Assembly (NCBI GenBank): GCA_963705255.1
Contig: OY970061.1
Location: forward strand, 2,240,001 to 2,304,000
Direction of reading: 5' to 3'
DNA: 64,000 nucleotides
DNA from: an uncultured Methanoregulaceae archaeon
Lineage (GTDB): Archaea; Halobacteriota; Methanomicrobia; Methanomicrobiales; Methanospirillaceae
Shown here: in pieces, positions 40,657-52,925 of the stretch
Numbering within the stretch: position 1 is the first letter of the stretch
How the letters are laid out: the number at the start of each line of letters is the position of its first letter
Translations under genes and position numbers: made by a program
Notes under the pieces: generated by a model
The model's database searches: none
The model's input: the letters and a program-made list of their open reading frames with translations, nothing else
What the model was told of the DNA's origin: nothing

Positions 40657-42900
40657 ATGATATCAGTTCTCTATGTTGACGATGAGACTTCGCTTCTGGA
40701 GGTGACGAAGATCTACATCGAACGCAGCGGCGAGTTCAGCGTCGATACCACTCCGTCGGCCCTGACCGCGCTCATGATCATGGCTACGCGGATGTACGAT
40801 GCGATCATATCCGATTACCAGATGCCGGATATGGACGGTATCGAATTTTTAAAGAAAGTCAGGTCTTCCGGGAACTCCATACCGTTCATCATCTTCACCG
40901 GGAAAGGGCGCGAAGAGGTGGTCATCGAGGCGCTCAACGCCGGCGCGGACTTTTATCTCCAGAAAGGCGGGGACCCCCGTTCGCAGTTCACCGAACTGGC
41001 CCACAAGGTCCGCCAGGCCGTCCAGCAGCGGAGTGCGGATATGAGGATCCGTGACCTTGAGCAGCGCGAGACGGACATCCTCAATTTCCTGCCGGATGCC
41101 ACGTTTGCCATTGAAAGGACCGGGCACGTCATCGCGTGGAACAAGGCTGTCGAAGAGATGACCGGCATTCCTGCTGCCGGGATGCTCGGCAGGGGGGACT
41201 ATGCCTATGGTGAGGTGTTCTACGGCAGCCGCCGCCCGATCCTGATCGACCTGGTCTTCGAACCCGACGCGAAGATCGCGGAGCATTATTCCAGCATCCG
41301 CCGTGAAGGGGCCGCCATCTCTGCAGAGAGCGAGATCTCTCTTCTCAAAGGCGGTGCACCGCTCGTCGTCCTTGCCAAGGCCAGCCCTCTCTATGACAAG
41401 AGCGGCAGGGTGACCGGGGCGATCGAGTCCATCCGGGATATCACGGATCGGAAGCGGGCCGAGGACGCCCTGCGGGAGAGCGGGGAGCGGTACCGGCGGA
41501 TCGTCGAAACGTCCCTGGAAGGGATATGGATAGTCGATGCCGGGTTCCGGATCACGTTTACCAATACAAGGATGGCGCAGATGCTCGGGTACCTGCCGGA
41601 AGAGATGGCCGGCCAACCGGTCTCCGCGTTCCTGCCGCCCGGAGAAATTCCCCACCACCGGCACGTTCAGGAAGGCCTGATCCAGGGAACTTCCCAGCAG
41701 TTCGAGCGCCGGTACCTCCACAAAACCGGTGCGGGCCTCACCTTCCTGGCTTCGTTGACCCCGGTAATGTCGGATGACGGGACATTCCAGGGCGCATTTG
41801 CGATGTTCTCGGACATCACCGACCGGAAGCATGCCGAGACAGCGCTCCGTGAATCGGAGCAGCGGCTCGGGCAGATCATCGATTTCCTGCCGGACCCGAC
41901 ATTCGCGGTTGACCGTGACGGCAGGGTCATCGCGTGGAACTACGCGATGGAGATGATGACCGGCACGAAGGCAGCGGAGATGACCGGGAAAGGAGATTAC
42001 GAGTACGCGCTCTCCCTGTACGGCACACGGCGCCCTGTCCTGATCGATCTCGTCCATTCCCCTCCTGATGAGATCCGGGCACATTACGACTCCGTGAGCA
42101 TCGGACAGGACCGCCTCACCGCGGAGACGAAAGACGCATCCCCCGGCGGGAAGCATCTCGTGCTCCAGGAGAGTGCATCCGCGCTCTATGGTGCGGACGG
42201 GGCTGTCACCGGGGCAATCGAGACCATCCACGATATTACGGCACGGCGGATGCTCCAGGACGCGCTGACCACCGCGAACCGGAAACTGAACCTGCTCTCC
42301 CAGATCACCCGGCATGACATCGTCAACAGGATCTCAGTCTGCCTTGGGTTTATCGAGTCTGCAAGAGAGGAATCAGCCGATCCCCGGGTGAACGGCCATA
42401 TCGCGAATATCGAGAAGACCATTGGCGACATCCGCCGCCAGATCGGGTTTACCCGGCTCTACCAGGACCTGGGTGTCAATGCTCCCGTATGGCAGGACGT
42501 GGAGGAGATCCTGAGCCAGTGCCATTCCCGGCACGGCATAGCTGCAATGGAGCTTGGCGGTGCGGAGGTCTATGCCGATTCCATGCTCCCCAAGGTATTT
42601 TCCAACCTGATGGACAACACGCTCCGGTACGGCGGGGAGCAGGTGAAGGTGACGGTACGCGCCACTGAACGTGAAGGGGTCCTGGTCATCTCCTGGGAAG
42701 ATACCGGTGCGGGCGTCCCCGCGGACGAGAAAGAGAAGATCTTTGAGCGGGGGTACGGGAAAAATACCGGTCTCGGCCTCTTTCTGGCCCGGGAGATCCT
42801 GGGCATCACCGGCATTACGATCCGCGAGGCCGGGGAGCCGGGGAAGGGAGCGCGGTTCGAGATCACCATTCCGCCAGGTGCGTACCGGTACAGGGAATAA
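40657..42900 (+). CDS. Hybrid sensor kinase REC-PAS(x3)-HisKA/HATPase
   Basis: VLYVDDE receiver, three PAS/PAC units, NRKLNLLSQITRHD, EDTGAGV, GLGL. Confidence 0.93.
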   Translation: MISVLYVDDETSLLEVTKIYIERSGEFSVDTTPSALTALMIMATRMYDAIISDYQMPDMDGIEFLKKVRSSGNSIPFIIFTGKGREEVVIEALNAGADFYLQKGGDPRSQFTELAHKVRQAVQQRSADMRIRDLEQRETDILNFLPDATFAIERTGHVIAWNKAVEEMTGIPAAGMLGRGDYAYGEVFYGSRRPILIDLVFEPDAKIAEHYSSIRREGAAISAESEISLLKGGAPLVVLAKASPLYDKSGRVTGAIESIRDITDRKRAEDALRESGERYRRIVETSLEGIWIVDAGFRITFTNTRMAQMLGYLPEEMAGQPVSAFLPPGEIPHHRHVQEGLIQGTSQQFERRYLHKTGAGLTFLASLTPVMSDDGTFQGAFAMFSDITDRKHAETALRESEQRLGQIIDFLPDPTFAVDRDGRVIAWNYAMEMMTGTKAAEMTGKGDYEYALSLYGTRRPVLIDLVHSPPDEIRAHYDSVSIGQDRLTAETKDASPGGKHLVLQESASALYGADGAVTGAIETIHDITARRMLQDALTTANRKLNLLSQITRHDIVNRISVCLGFIESAREESADPRVNGHIANIEKTIGDIRRQIGFTRLYQDLGVNAPVWQDVEEILSQCHSRHGIAAMELGGAEVYADSMLPKVFSNLMDNTLRYGGEQVKVTVRATEREGVLVISWEDTGAGVPADEKEKIFERGYGKNTGLGLFLAREILGITGITIREAGEPGKGARFEITIPPGAYRYRE

Positions 42901-43164
42901 CCCGGGTGCCAGGCGGTACCGGTTCACCTGCCGGGTATCTTCCCGGGTGGCAGCAGTTTTTCCCTGTGTTCGTTTTGTGCCGCCGGATCACGAAGTGCCG
43001 TGTCATGGGCCTGCTACGATCTCTCTCCTTTTTGTATATACCCGCCGGAGGTTTAAAAGAAAAACAACCTGTTTCCGCCCGTTTTCCCTGCACCTCCCGG
43101 CACCGCTGGACAAAGCCGATCAGGACATATGGGAGGAGAACAGACAGATCCATGATCACCAGTC

Positions 43165-44655
43165 ATGAGACGAACCGGCGAAGAACGAAGCAGGGCCCCG
43201 GTTGACCTCGAGGCCATTGCCTGGGATGTCATGAAGAAGTACGGGTTCCGCCCGAACTACCCGGGGGCCGTCCTCCGGGAGGTCGGGGCCATCGACCCGT
43301 ATGCCCGCGGGACAGCGCCGGGCACTGTGCAGGACCTGCGTGCCCTCCTCTGGTCTTCTATCGACAATTATGACTCCATGGATCTCGACCAGCTGGAGTA
43401 CTGCGAAAAGGGCGGGGACGGCGGGATCCACGTGCAGGTCGCCATCGCCGATGTCGACCTCCGGGTCCCGAAAGGGTCGCAGACCGACCGGCACGCGGCC
43501 CATAACGGGGCCTCGATCTACTTCGATGTCGTCACGTTCCCCATGCTCCCGCTCAGGCTCTCGGGCGGGATCACCTCGCTCCTGCCCGGGCGGGACTGCA
43601 TGGCCATGGTCGTGGAATACACGGTCCTTCCGGACGGGAGCATCCGGTACGGCAGCGTCTTCCGGGCAATGGTTGCAAACCATGCCAAACTGGTGTACGA
43701 GGATGTCGGCACCTGGCTGGAGGGGACCGGCCCGGAACCCTCCGCCGTGCAGGCGGTTGCCGGCCTTGCGGGCCAGATCCGGCTGCAGAACGAGGCGGCC
43801 CTCCGCCTGAAAGAGCAGCGTACCCGGCAGGGGGCGCTTGCCCTCGAGACGATCGAGGCGCAGGCAGTCTACGAGAAAGGAGCGGTCAAGGACCTCGTCC
43901 TTGTCGAGGAAAACGCGGCCCGCTCCCTCATCGAGGAGTTCATGGTGGCAGCGAACCGGACCATGATGGCCTTCCTCTCGGCAGCAGGCATCCCCCGGAT
44001 CGAGCGGGTCGTGCGCACGCCACGGGACTGGGATGGGATCGTGGCCACAGCAGCGGAACTCGGGGTGAGCCTTCCGGCGGAGCCGGACGTGCAGGCACTC
44101 TCCCGCTTCCTCCTTGCACGGAAGGAGGCAGACCCCGAGCGGTTCCCCGACCTCTCGCTCACGGTCGTCGAGCTGATGGGCCCGGGAGAGTACGCCCTGC
44201 TCGAGCCCGGCAACCCCCCGGTCGGGCACTTTGCCCTCGCGGTCACGGACTATACCCACGGCACCGCCCCGAACCGGCGCTACATCGACCTTGTCATCCA
44301 GCGGCTGCTGAAGTCCGTCATCGACAGAAAGCCAAGCCCCTATACCGTGCAGGAACTCGGAGACCTCTGCGCCTGGCTCACCGACCGGGAGAAGGAGTCC
44401 AAGAAGGCGGAACGGTTCATGAGGAAAGCGGCGGCAGCAGTCCTCCTCCGCGACCAGATCGGGAGGACGTTCACCGGTCTCGTCACCGGCGCCTCCGATA
44501 AGGGCACGTACGTCCGGCTCACCACGCCCCCGGCAGAAGGCCGGGTTGTGGAGGGGGAACGGGGCCTCCGCGTCGGGCAGAAGGTCCGCGTCCGGCTGCT
44601 CGGTGCGGACCCCTACCGCGGGTACATCGATTTTGCGTTTTCAGGGAATGGGTGA
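43165..44655 (+). CDS. RNB-domain exoribonuclease (RNase II/R family) with C-terminal S1-like domain
   Basis: SIDNYDSMDLDQ, VAIADV, FPMLP, LIEEFMVAAN, GHFAL...YTHGTAPNRRY.D. Confidence 0.88.
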   Translation: MRRTGEERSRAPVDLEAIAWDVMKKYGFRPNYPGAVLREVGAIDPYARGTAPGTVQDLRALLWSSIDNYDSMDLDQLEYCEKGGDGGIHVQVAIADVDLRVPKGSQTDRHAAHNGASIYFDVVTFPMLPLRLSGGITSLLPGRDCMAMVVEYTVLPDGSIRYGSVFRAMVANHAKLVYEDVGTWLEGTGPEPSAVQAVAGLAGQIRLQNEAALRLKEQRTRQGALALETIEAQAVYEKGAVKDLVLVEENAARSLIEEFMVAANRTMMAFLSAAGIPRIERVVRTPRDWDGIVATAAELGVSLPAEPDVQALSRFLLARKEADPERFPDLSLTVVELMGPGEYALLEPGNPPVGHFALAVTDYTHGTAPNRRYIDLVIQRLLKSVIDRKPSPYTVQELGDLCAWLTDREKESKKAERFMRKAAAAVLLRDQIGRTFTGLVTGASDKGTYVRLTTPPAEGRVVEGERGLRVGQKVRVRLLGADPYRGYIDFAFSGNG

Positions 44656-44777
44656 AGGAATTTTTTCCGGCACCTGTGCCATCTGTGGTGCCGGTCTTTT
44701 CCGGGTTCAGTTGAACCGGATTTTTCAGAAAAACCATGTTTCCATCTCATGGCAATAGGGAAAAATGCACATCAGCA

Positions 44778-44833
44778 TCACCAACTCGAAGAAATCTGAT
44801 GATTTCTTCTCGTGGTTCGGGTCTTTTGACCCT
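44778..44833 (+). repeat. REP-like two-hairpin unit
   Basis: TCACCAACTCGAAGAAATC-TGAT-GATTTCTTCTCGTGGTTC then GGGTC-TTTT-GACCC; homologous to 46672-46725. Confidence 0.85.
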
Positions 44834-44874
44834 TACCAACATTAAAAAGGGTAAAGTACCGATCCCGCCCCTGG

Positions 44875-46362
44875 CTATTTTCCAGCGGGGACCGGATGAA
44901 ACTGATAGTCGAGGAGAGGAGGGAGCGGGGGCAGAGTATAGACATAGATCCCCGTGATATTTCCTGATCCATAGGTATAGCTTCCGGTAATGATCGAATC
45001 ACTCCAGTTCCATACACGCTCCTCATTCATTGTCTTGTAAGGATAATAAAGATAATAAAAAACTCCAATAAACTGGATGATTATTGAAACGATGAGAAGA
45101 ATTCCTACTACTATCAGGACAATATTCTTTTCCCGTACGGGATGATTCGTTCGTGGGGTTCCAAAATAACTGTTCAGAAAAAATCCGGTGTAGAGGCCCA
45201 GCACAGGGACAAACCCTGTCAAAAACCTTGGCCCGTAACAATATTCTGCCGAGGAACCCCATAAGCTGAAAAAACTATACACGAGAATCTGGAGGACTAT
45301 TACCGGTCCAAAACCAAGCAGTACCTGCTGGATTTTACTGGTATGTATCTGCCATAATGTAAGAAATCCGGCAACTGACAGGATAAGGACAGGACAAAAA
45401 ATAAAGAGTCCCACATTGGGTGCAACGAGCAGGCCGATATAATTTTTTATAAACCCGGAACCCAGGATAAAAAACCTGATGTTTTCATTGTAACCCCCGA
45501 AAACATTTCCAAAAACCGAATAATTATAGTACAAAAAGGGGAGACCCCCGATAATTCCACCGGATATATAATGAATCAGCTTCGCTTTCTGATACCAGAA
45601 GATATAGAATACCACGGGAATCAGCAGAACTGAATCGGGAGGGCGGTTGAAAATGAAAAGTCCGGAGACAATTCCTAGGAGGAGAATATGTAGTGTCCCC
45701 TCCTTTTTCTCATTCCTTACGGTGAGGTAGATGAGTGAAATCAGGAGTAGTTCCACCGTTCCGTGCTGCCACAATGCCTGGCTGCCGATAGACCAGGTAC
45801 TGGTGGCAAATGCAAAAATGCACGTCGCTGCAAGCGCAACCTTCTGTGAAAATAACTCTTTTGAGACCAGATAGAAAAAAACCCCTGCCAGCGCGGCTAT
45901 GACGGAAGCAGCGGTCTTTGCCAGGATCAAAAATCCAGCGGGGCTGAGGGGGATACTGAAGACATTGCATATCACGTACGATATCCCGTAGACCGGCGTG
46001 ACGAGGATGGGAGTCACTATCGGAAACAGCGAGACGTAATGGCCGTTTATAAGGGGAAAAGCATAACTTAAATCAGGATCGGAAACGAGTAACGGATTGT
46101 AATCAAAATTGAGATTATGGTTCATCAGGATCGAAGCCGGAAGGAATGACGCGGGCGCAGCGTCCCCGCTGATTATTCCTATTCCCGTGACGGTATTATA
46201 CGCGATAAAAAGCAGGAAAAAAAGGACAATAAAATCATAGCGGGTTAACAATCCGGCAAGCTTTTGTAGAACTCCGGAGAGATCCGGAGCGCCCTCATTC
46301 GTATATCCGGCTCTCTTGTTCCTGGACGAAACGGTTCGATCTCGTTTATTTTTTGATTTCAT
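44875..46362 (-). CDS. Polytopic membrane protein, GT-C/PMT-like glycosyltransferase; AT-richer than neighbours
   Basis: More than 10 TM helices, SGD in the first loop, SQALWQHG, NRP, YGPRF motifs. Confidence 0.65.
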   Translation of the reverse strand: MKSKNKRDRTVSSRNKRAGYTNEGAPDLSGVLQKLAGLLTRYDFIVLFFLLFIAYNTVTGIGIISGDAAPASFLPASILMNHNLNFDYNPLLVSDPDLSYAFPLINGHYVSLFPIVTPILVTPVYGISYVICNVFSIPLSPAGFLILAKTAASVIAALAGVFFYLVSKELFSQKVALAATCIFAFATSTWSIGSQALWQHGTVELLLISLIYLTVRNEKKEGTLHILLLGIVSGLFIFNRPPDSVLLIPVVFYIFWYQKAKLIHYISGGIIGGLPFLYYNYSVFGNVFGGYNENIRFFILGSGFIKNYIGLLVAPNVGLFIFCPVLILSVAGFLTLWQIHTSKIQQVLLGFGPVIVLQILVYSFFSLWGSSAEYCYGPRFLTGFVPVLGLYTGFFLNSYFGTPRTNHPVREKNIVLIVVGILLIVSIIIQFIGVFYYLYYPYKTMNEERVWNWSDSIITGSYTYGSGNITGIYVYTLPPLPPLLDYQFHPVPAGK

Positions 46363-46568
46363 GGGACCGGGTTCGATGGTGATGGTTACTCAGTTCATAT
46401 CAATTACTACCAGATGAATTAAACGATAAGCAGTTATCAGGCCGGTGTTGCTGCGACGATACAGGACGGTCAGTGAAAAAGAGGCGGCAATACGACGGGT
46501 CTGGTATGACGTTCGGGGAATTTATCCGAAAGCGCTTACGGCCCACCCGTGCCCCGCTCAGTCCGCTT

Positions 46569-46726
46569 TCACCACAGCGACTCTGATGAGTCTTCTCGTG
46601 GTACGGGTCTGCCCCTCAACAACTCGAAGAATCCTTGCGGATTCTTCTCATGATTCGAGTCTGATGACCTCTCACCAACTCGAAGACTCTGATGAGTCTT
46701 CTCCTTTCTCGGGTCTGAAGACCCTC
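46569..46726 (+). repeat. Three tandem REP-like units (52-56 bp period) downstream of frhB
   Basis: GACTC-TGAT-GAGTCTTCTC, TCGAAGAATCC-TTGC-GGATTCTTCTC and TCGAAGACTC-TGAT-GAGTCTTCTC, each followed by a GTC..GAC-type hairpin (degenerate in unit 1). Confidence 0.85.
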
Positions 46727-46742
46727 AAAATAAAAAAAAAGA

Positions 46743-47669
46743 TTAGATGTATGGGCTTCTGAGCGCCTTGCCGACACCGAAGGTCTTGCGGGCCTCGACG
46801 GTTGCCTTGTTCTTCGTGATCTTCTCGTTTGCGAGCTTGGTCACGAGTTCAAGGCCGGGCTTGACCTTCTCGATGGGCTGGGTCTCGAAGACGCCTGCTG
46901 CCATTGCCTTTGCCCAGACCGAGTCTCCGATCTTGGACCTGACAAAGACGGTGCTCCATCCATCGGGGCTGCCGACGGATCCGGTGGAGATGTCACCGAG
47001 GTTGGCAACGTAGTCAAGGCAGACGTGGCAGCCGGGCTGCTCGTACTTGTGGGTCACCTTGAGCGGCAGCTGGACGACCTGTCCGCGCTTGCCGTAGACC
47101 CAGAACTTGCCCTTGCCGATCTCCATCTTCTTGACGGCTTCCATCTTCATCGCCGCGTGGTCTTCCACGAGCTGGAGGATGCTCTGGTACGGGAAGTTCT
47201 CCATGCAGAAGATACCGACTGCGAGTGCAATGCTGGCGCCGACATCACGGGCACCGATCGGGTAGAGCTGGAGTTTCCGGACTGCCTGCATCTGGCAGGG
47301 GGTACCGACGATACCGACCTTGTCCAGGCCGAAGCTGCGGGTTGCCTCCTTGATCATGGAGACGTTCGGGCTGATGTTGTACTTGGTGCCTGCTGCTGCA
47401 AGCAGGTCAGCCTTGGTGTTGACGATCACCGGGATGGGTCTCCATGGCTCATGGAACTCCATATTAGAGTTGTCCATCATGGCTTTTTCCGGGTGCTTGT
47501 GCGCGAATTCCTTGGTCGCTGCGACAATTGCTCCGTCAATAATGCCCTCGTCAAGTGCGAATCCAAACAGCGAGGTGACGATACCGCCATCCTGGGCATG
47601 CTTGAGAATCTCCTTGTTGGTGCTCCGGGCTGAGACGCATGATTTGTATTTACCGAGTTCTGCTCCCAT
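46743..47669 (-). CDS. frhB: F420-reducing hydrogenase beta subunit
   Basis: AQDGGIVT, AAGTKY, VGTPCQ, GIFCMENF, GCHVCLDY...DISTGSVGSPDGWST. Confidence 0.96.
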   Translation of the reverse strand: MGAELGKYKSCVSARSTNKEILKHAQDGGIVTSLFGFALDEGIIDGAIVAATKEFAHKHPEKAMMDNSNMEFHEPWRPIPVIVNTKADLLAAAGTKYNISPNVSMIKEATRSFGLDKVGIVGTPCQMQAVRKLQLYPIGARDVGASIALAVGIFCMENFPYQSILQLVEDHAAMKMEAVKKMEIGKGKFWVYGKRGQVVQLPLKVTHKYEQPGCHVCLDYVANLGDISTGSVGSPDGWSTVFVRSKIGDSVWAKAMAAGVFETQPIEKVKPGLELVTKLANEKITKNKATVEARKTFGVGKALRSPYI

Positions 47670-47680
47670 TTCAATCACCT

Positions 47681-48442
47681 TCACTGGAGTGCCGCCATTA
47701 TGGCCTCGTTGATCGCCTCGTAGTTCTCGACCACATCAAAGCTGAACCAGCTCCGCGGGCACTGGTTGTAGCAGGCTCCGCACTTGATGCACAGGTCGCG
47801 CTCGCCCTGGGGCTTGCCGTACTCGTGGGTAATTGCATTGACCGGGCAGGCTGATGCACAGCTGCCGCATCCCATGCAGAGACCCTGGTTGATGACATTG
47901 GTCATCAGGTCGCAGAAGCAGGCGGTGGTTCCCCTTTCTGCTGCCATCATGAGGGGCTTGAGGAATGCAGTCGCGAGGTCCTTCTGTTCCTTGGTTCCCT
48001 TGAGGAGCAGGTATGCCATGACCGCAACGTTCCTGATCATCTGCGGGGTCGGTGCACATCCGGGGATGTACACGTCGACCTTGATCAGGTCGCCGATCGG
48101 CAGGTAGGCCTCGTGTGCCGGTTGGTTCTGCTGGCCACCGCGGCTGAACCGGGTGATGTTGCCATAGCAGGCGCAGCCGCCGAGTGCGACGACCACTGCC
48201 GACTTTTCACGGGTTTCCTTAAGCTCTTCCACTGCGAGTTTGTCGTTGATGCAACATGAACCCTCGACGAATGAAACATCGACTTTCTGGACGTGCCTTG
48301 CGTCTGCAAGTGTTGGCATGTACTTAAGGTCGACATACTTGTCGAGGAGCGTTAACAATCCGCCATAGTTGTCTGCTAATGCAACAGTACAACCGGTACA
48401 CCCACTCAGGTGCGTGTAGCCCACTGTAATCTTGTCTGCCAC
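47681..48442 (-). CDS. frhG: F420-reducing hydrogenase gamma subunit (frame open upstream to ATG 48565)
   Basis: HLSGCTGC, GGCACYG, IPGCAP, two ferredoxin CxxCxxC motifs; GTG at 48442 has a strong AGGAGGT SD. Confidence 0.93.
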   Translation of the reverse strand: MADKITVGYTHLSGCTGCTVALADNYGGLLTLLDKYVDLKYMPTLADARHVQKVDVSFVEGSCCINDKLAVEELKETREKSAVVVALGGCACYGNITRFSRGGQQNQPAHEAYLPIGDLIKVDVYIPGCAPTPQMIRNVAVMAYLLLKGTKEQKDLATAFLKPLMMAAERGTTACFCDLMTNVINQGLCMGCGSCASACPVNAITHEYGKPQGERDLCIKCGACYNQCPRSWFSFDVVENYEAINEAIMAALQ

Positions 48443-48485
48443 AGGCTTAACCTCCTTTTTAGTTGATTCTGATTTTCCAGATACG

Positions 48486-49034
48486 TCAGCGGACTTCTGG
48501 GGAGCTGCAGGTTTCTGCGGTCCCGCGCTGGCGTCTTTCTTCCTGAAGATTGATAGTAGTCCCATAATCCACTCCTATTGTTTCGAGTATTACCTGAATT
48601 GCTTTCGGAATCGCGTTTTTCACATCTTCTGAAAGCCCCATCTCAACATCCGCATCTCCTTTCTTCAGGACCTTTGACGGCTGGCACAGGACAACTGTCG
48701 TATCGATCTGATCTCTGATACGACAGAGCTGATCGACCCCATCCCATGAATGCGGGTCAATGTATGCCCCTGGTTTTAGATCCTTGCCGGAGATTCTGGA
48801 TATTGATCCCGGCTTTGCAGTAAAATCTGCAATATCGACGACGATTAGTTTCTTCGTCACTTCGGGATTAAGGAAATTAAAAATAAAGTGCGGGGCGCCT
48901 GCGCCACCGTCCTGTATTGTTACATTGTCGGGAAGTGTGAGCTTCTCCATCTCCTCAATCACCGCCGGGCCAAACCCGTCATCGCCAAACAGGGGGTTTC
49001 CGCACCCCACTATTACGATTTCCGAATGCAGCAT
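48486..49034 (-). CDS. frhD: Hydrogenase maturation protease FrhD
   Basis: IVGCGNPLFGDDGFG, DGGAG, DPH; located between frhA and frhG. Confidence 0.94.
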   Translation of the reverse strand: MLHSEIVIVGCGNPLFGDDGFGPAVIEEMEKLTLPDNVTIQDGGAGAPHFIFNFLNPEVTKKLIVVDIADFTAKPGSISRISGKDLKPGAYIDPHSWDGVDQLCRIRDQIDTTVVLCQPSKVLKKGDADVEMGLSEDVKNAIPKAIQVILETIGVDYGTTINLQEERRQRGTAETCSSPEVR

Positions 49035-49044
49035 CAGGTTACAC

Positions 49045-50412
49045 TCACTGGATGAGCTTCTGAGCTACTACCTTGTTGTCCTCATCCAGTACGATCATGT
49101 GGGTTGCACATGATACACACGGGTCGTATCCGCGCATGATAACCTCGGCAAGCTGCCAGGGTGCCCCGGTGAGTGCCTTGCTGCAGGTTGCGAAGTTCCA
49201 GGTGGTCGGGACGAGCATGCTGTAGTACTGGACCTTCCAGTCCTTGACGCGTGCAATGTGGACATCAGTACCGCGGGGAGCCTCGTTGGATGCCCAGCCG
49301 AGGGATCCGTCACCGTCGGGGACGTAGTCTGCCATGACCTTGCCGCTTGTGTTCAGCTCGTCAAGGCAGTCGATCATCTCGTAGAAGCAGTCCTGGTACT
49401 CCATCTCACGGGCAACGTTCTGTCCCTGAGTGCCCTTCTCGTCAAAGTACTTGTAGGTAACGAGACGGGCGCGGGGGCCGACTTCTACGGGCTGGCCGTC
49501 GTACATCGGGACGCCGGTGCAGGCTTCCATCTGGGGGTTGGTCTTGGTGCCGAGCTTGGTGGTCCCGCCGATCGGGTACCGGGGCTCTTCAAGGGTGACG
49601 TCCATCTCGCCCATGTACCAGTCCCAGGGCCGTGCTTCCTTGAACCTGCGAATGTCCCAGGACGGGTTCTCGTCAAGGCTTGAGCTGCCATAGAACGCGT
49701 GGGTTGCAAGGTAGCCCTGGTCGTGGAATCCGAGGTCCTTGGGGAGGGCAATCTTCATGCCGCCGACGTCCACGGAGTCTCTCTTGTGGTAGGCGCGGAT
49801 GACCGCGATCATGAACTCTGCCTGTGCATGGGCAAGGGTGAGTCCTTCCTTGGCAAGATCGTACATCTTGACCTTGGCCTGCTCGGAGACGTTGCGGTAC
49901 ATACCACCGACTTTGGTGTTTCTCGGGTGGATGCAGTCGCCGCCGGAGATCTGGCCGATGGTCTGCGCGATCTCACGGAGCCTCTGGATCCGCTTTGCAA
50001 CCGTGCGCACCGGCTCTTCAGCCGTGAACGGGTTGATCTTGGTCTCGGTGCCCGGGATATAGAAGTCGGGCAGGATCAGGATATCGTGCAGTGCAATGCT
50101 GTGGCACCGGTTCGCGAGCTGAAGGATGTGACGGAGCATCAGTGCGTCCTTGGGGATCTCGCACTTGATGGATGCTTCCATTGCTTCAGTACCCGCTATG
50201 GTGTGGGCTATCGGACAGATACCACAGACACGGGATGCGATCTTGGGCACCTGCTCGGGGGTCTTACCCACGGCAAGTTTCTCAACGCCCCTCACCGGGG
50301 TAATGGAACACCAGTTACCCGTCTCGATGATGCCCTGGTCGTTAACCTTCAAGACAAGCTTTGAGTGTCCTTCATGTCTTGTGGTTGGGGAAATCTCTAC
50401 AACTTTCGACAA
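49045..50412 (-). CDS. frhA: F420-reducing [NiFe] hydrogenase alpha subunit
   Basis: TRHEGH, RVCGICP, EAPRG, DPCVSCATH; TTG start after GAGGCGA. Confidence 0.97.
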   Translation of the reverse strand: MSKVVEISPTTRHEGHSKLVLKVNDQGIIETGNWCSITPVRGVEKLAVGKTPEQVPKIASRVCGICPIAHTIAGTEAMEASIKCEIPKDALMLRHILQLANRCHSIALHDILILPDFYIPGTETKINPFTAEEPVRTVAKRIQRLREIAQTIGQISGGDCIHPRNTKVGGMYRNVSEQAKVKMYDLAKEGLTLAHAQAEFMIAVIRAYHKRDSVDVGGMKIALPKDLGFHDQGYLATHAFYGSSSLDENPSWDIRRFKEARPWDWYMGEMDVTLEEPRYPIGGTTKLGTKTNPQMEACTGVPMYDGQPVEVGPRARLVTYKYFDEKGTQGQNVAREMEYQDCFYEMIDCLDELNTSGKVMADYVPDGDGSLGWASNEAPRGTDVHIARVKDWKVQYYSMLVPTTWNFATCSKALTGAPWQLAEVIMRGYDPCVSCATHMIVLDEDNKVVAQKLIQ

Positions 50413-50718
50413 TATTATCGCCTCATGTTATGTTGAGTTGTTCGTATTGCGGTACAAATTTACGAAAGATCTCTCATCTCTAGAGATAATTGACCGTACA
50501 GAGTACGTTCAACTCTATCTTGTACTACCGATTTTATAACCTTTATGACTTAATCGCGGACAGGTAAAAATGTCAGAATGGAGTTATTTTCAGCATCCTG
50601 CCCCGGAATCGGGCGGATAAAAATATTTGGCGCAAAACTGCCCCCGGGCAATAAAATAATACGCTCAATATTTATTGCTCCATTTCCGGCAAAAAACAGG
50701 AAAAGCTGGTACTGCTTT

Positions 50719-52804
<2,086 letters not shown>

Positions 52805-52893
52805 TTTCTTTACAGAAACTCCTTACGTCTCCTATCAGGAATTGAAATTCCTTCGAGGTTCAGGAAATGATTTACAATCATTTCCTTCTCCAC

Positions 52894-52925
52894 TCGGAGA
52901 GCACTGACGTGCTCCCTCGTGGTTC
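52894..52925 (+). repeat. Variant REP-like hairpin within a hairpin cluster (52838-52930) downstream of ilvC
   Basis: TCGGAGAGCAC-TGAC-GTGCTCCCTC-GTGGTTC aligns with 44786-44818. Confidence 0.65.

Noticed and set aside
46583-46696. Hammerhead ribozyme or C/D-box sRNA (CTGATGA occurs here and at 10095 and 44796; CTGACGA at 4341)
   Set aside because: The motif arises from the TGAY loop of a closed hairpin. There is no stem II plus GAAA core and no properly spaced C and D boxes.
46569-46726. Mini CRISPR array
   Set aside because: The units are not identical repeats with unique spacers: the variable part is the hairpin stem itself and the 'spacers' resemble each other. No cas genes are present.
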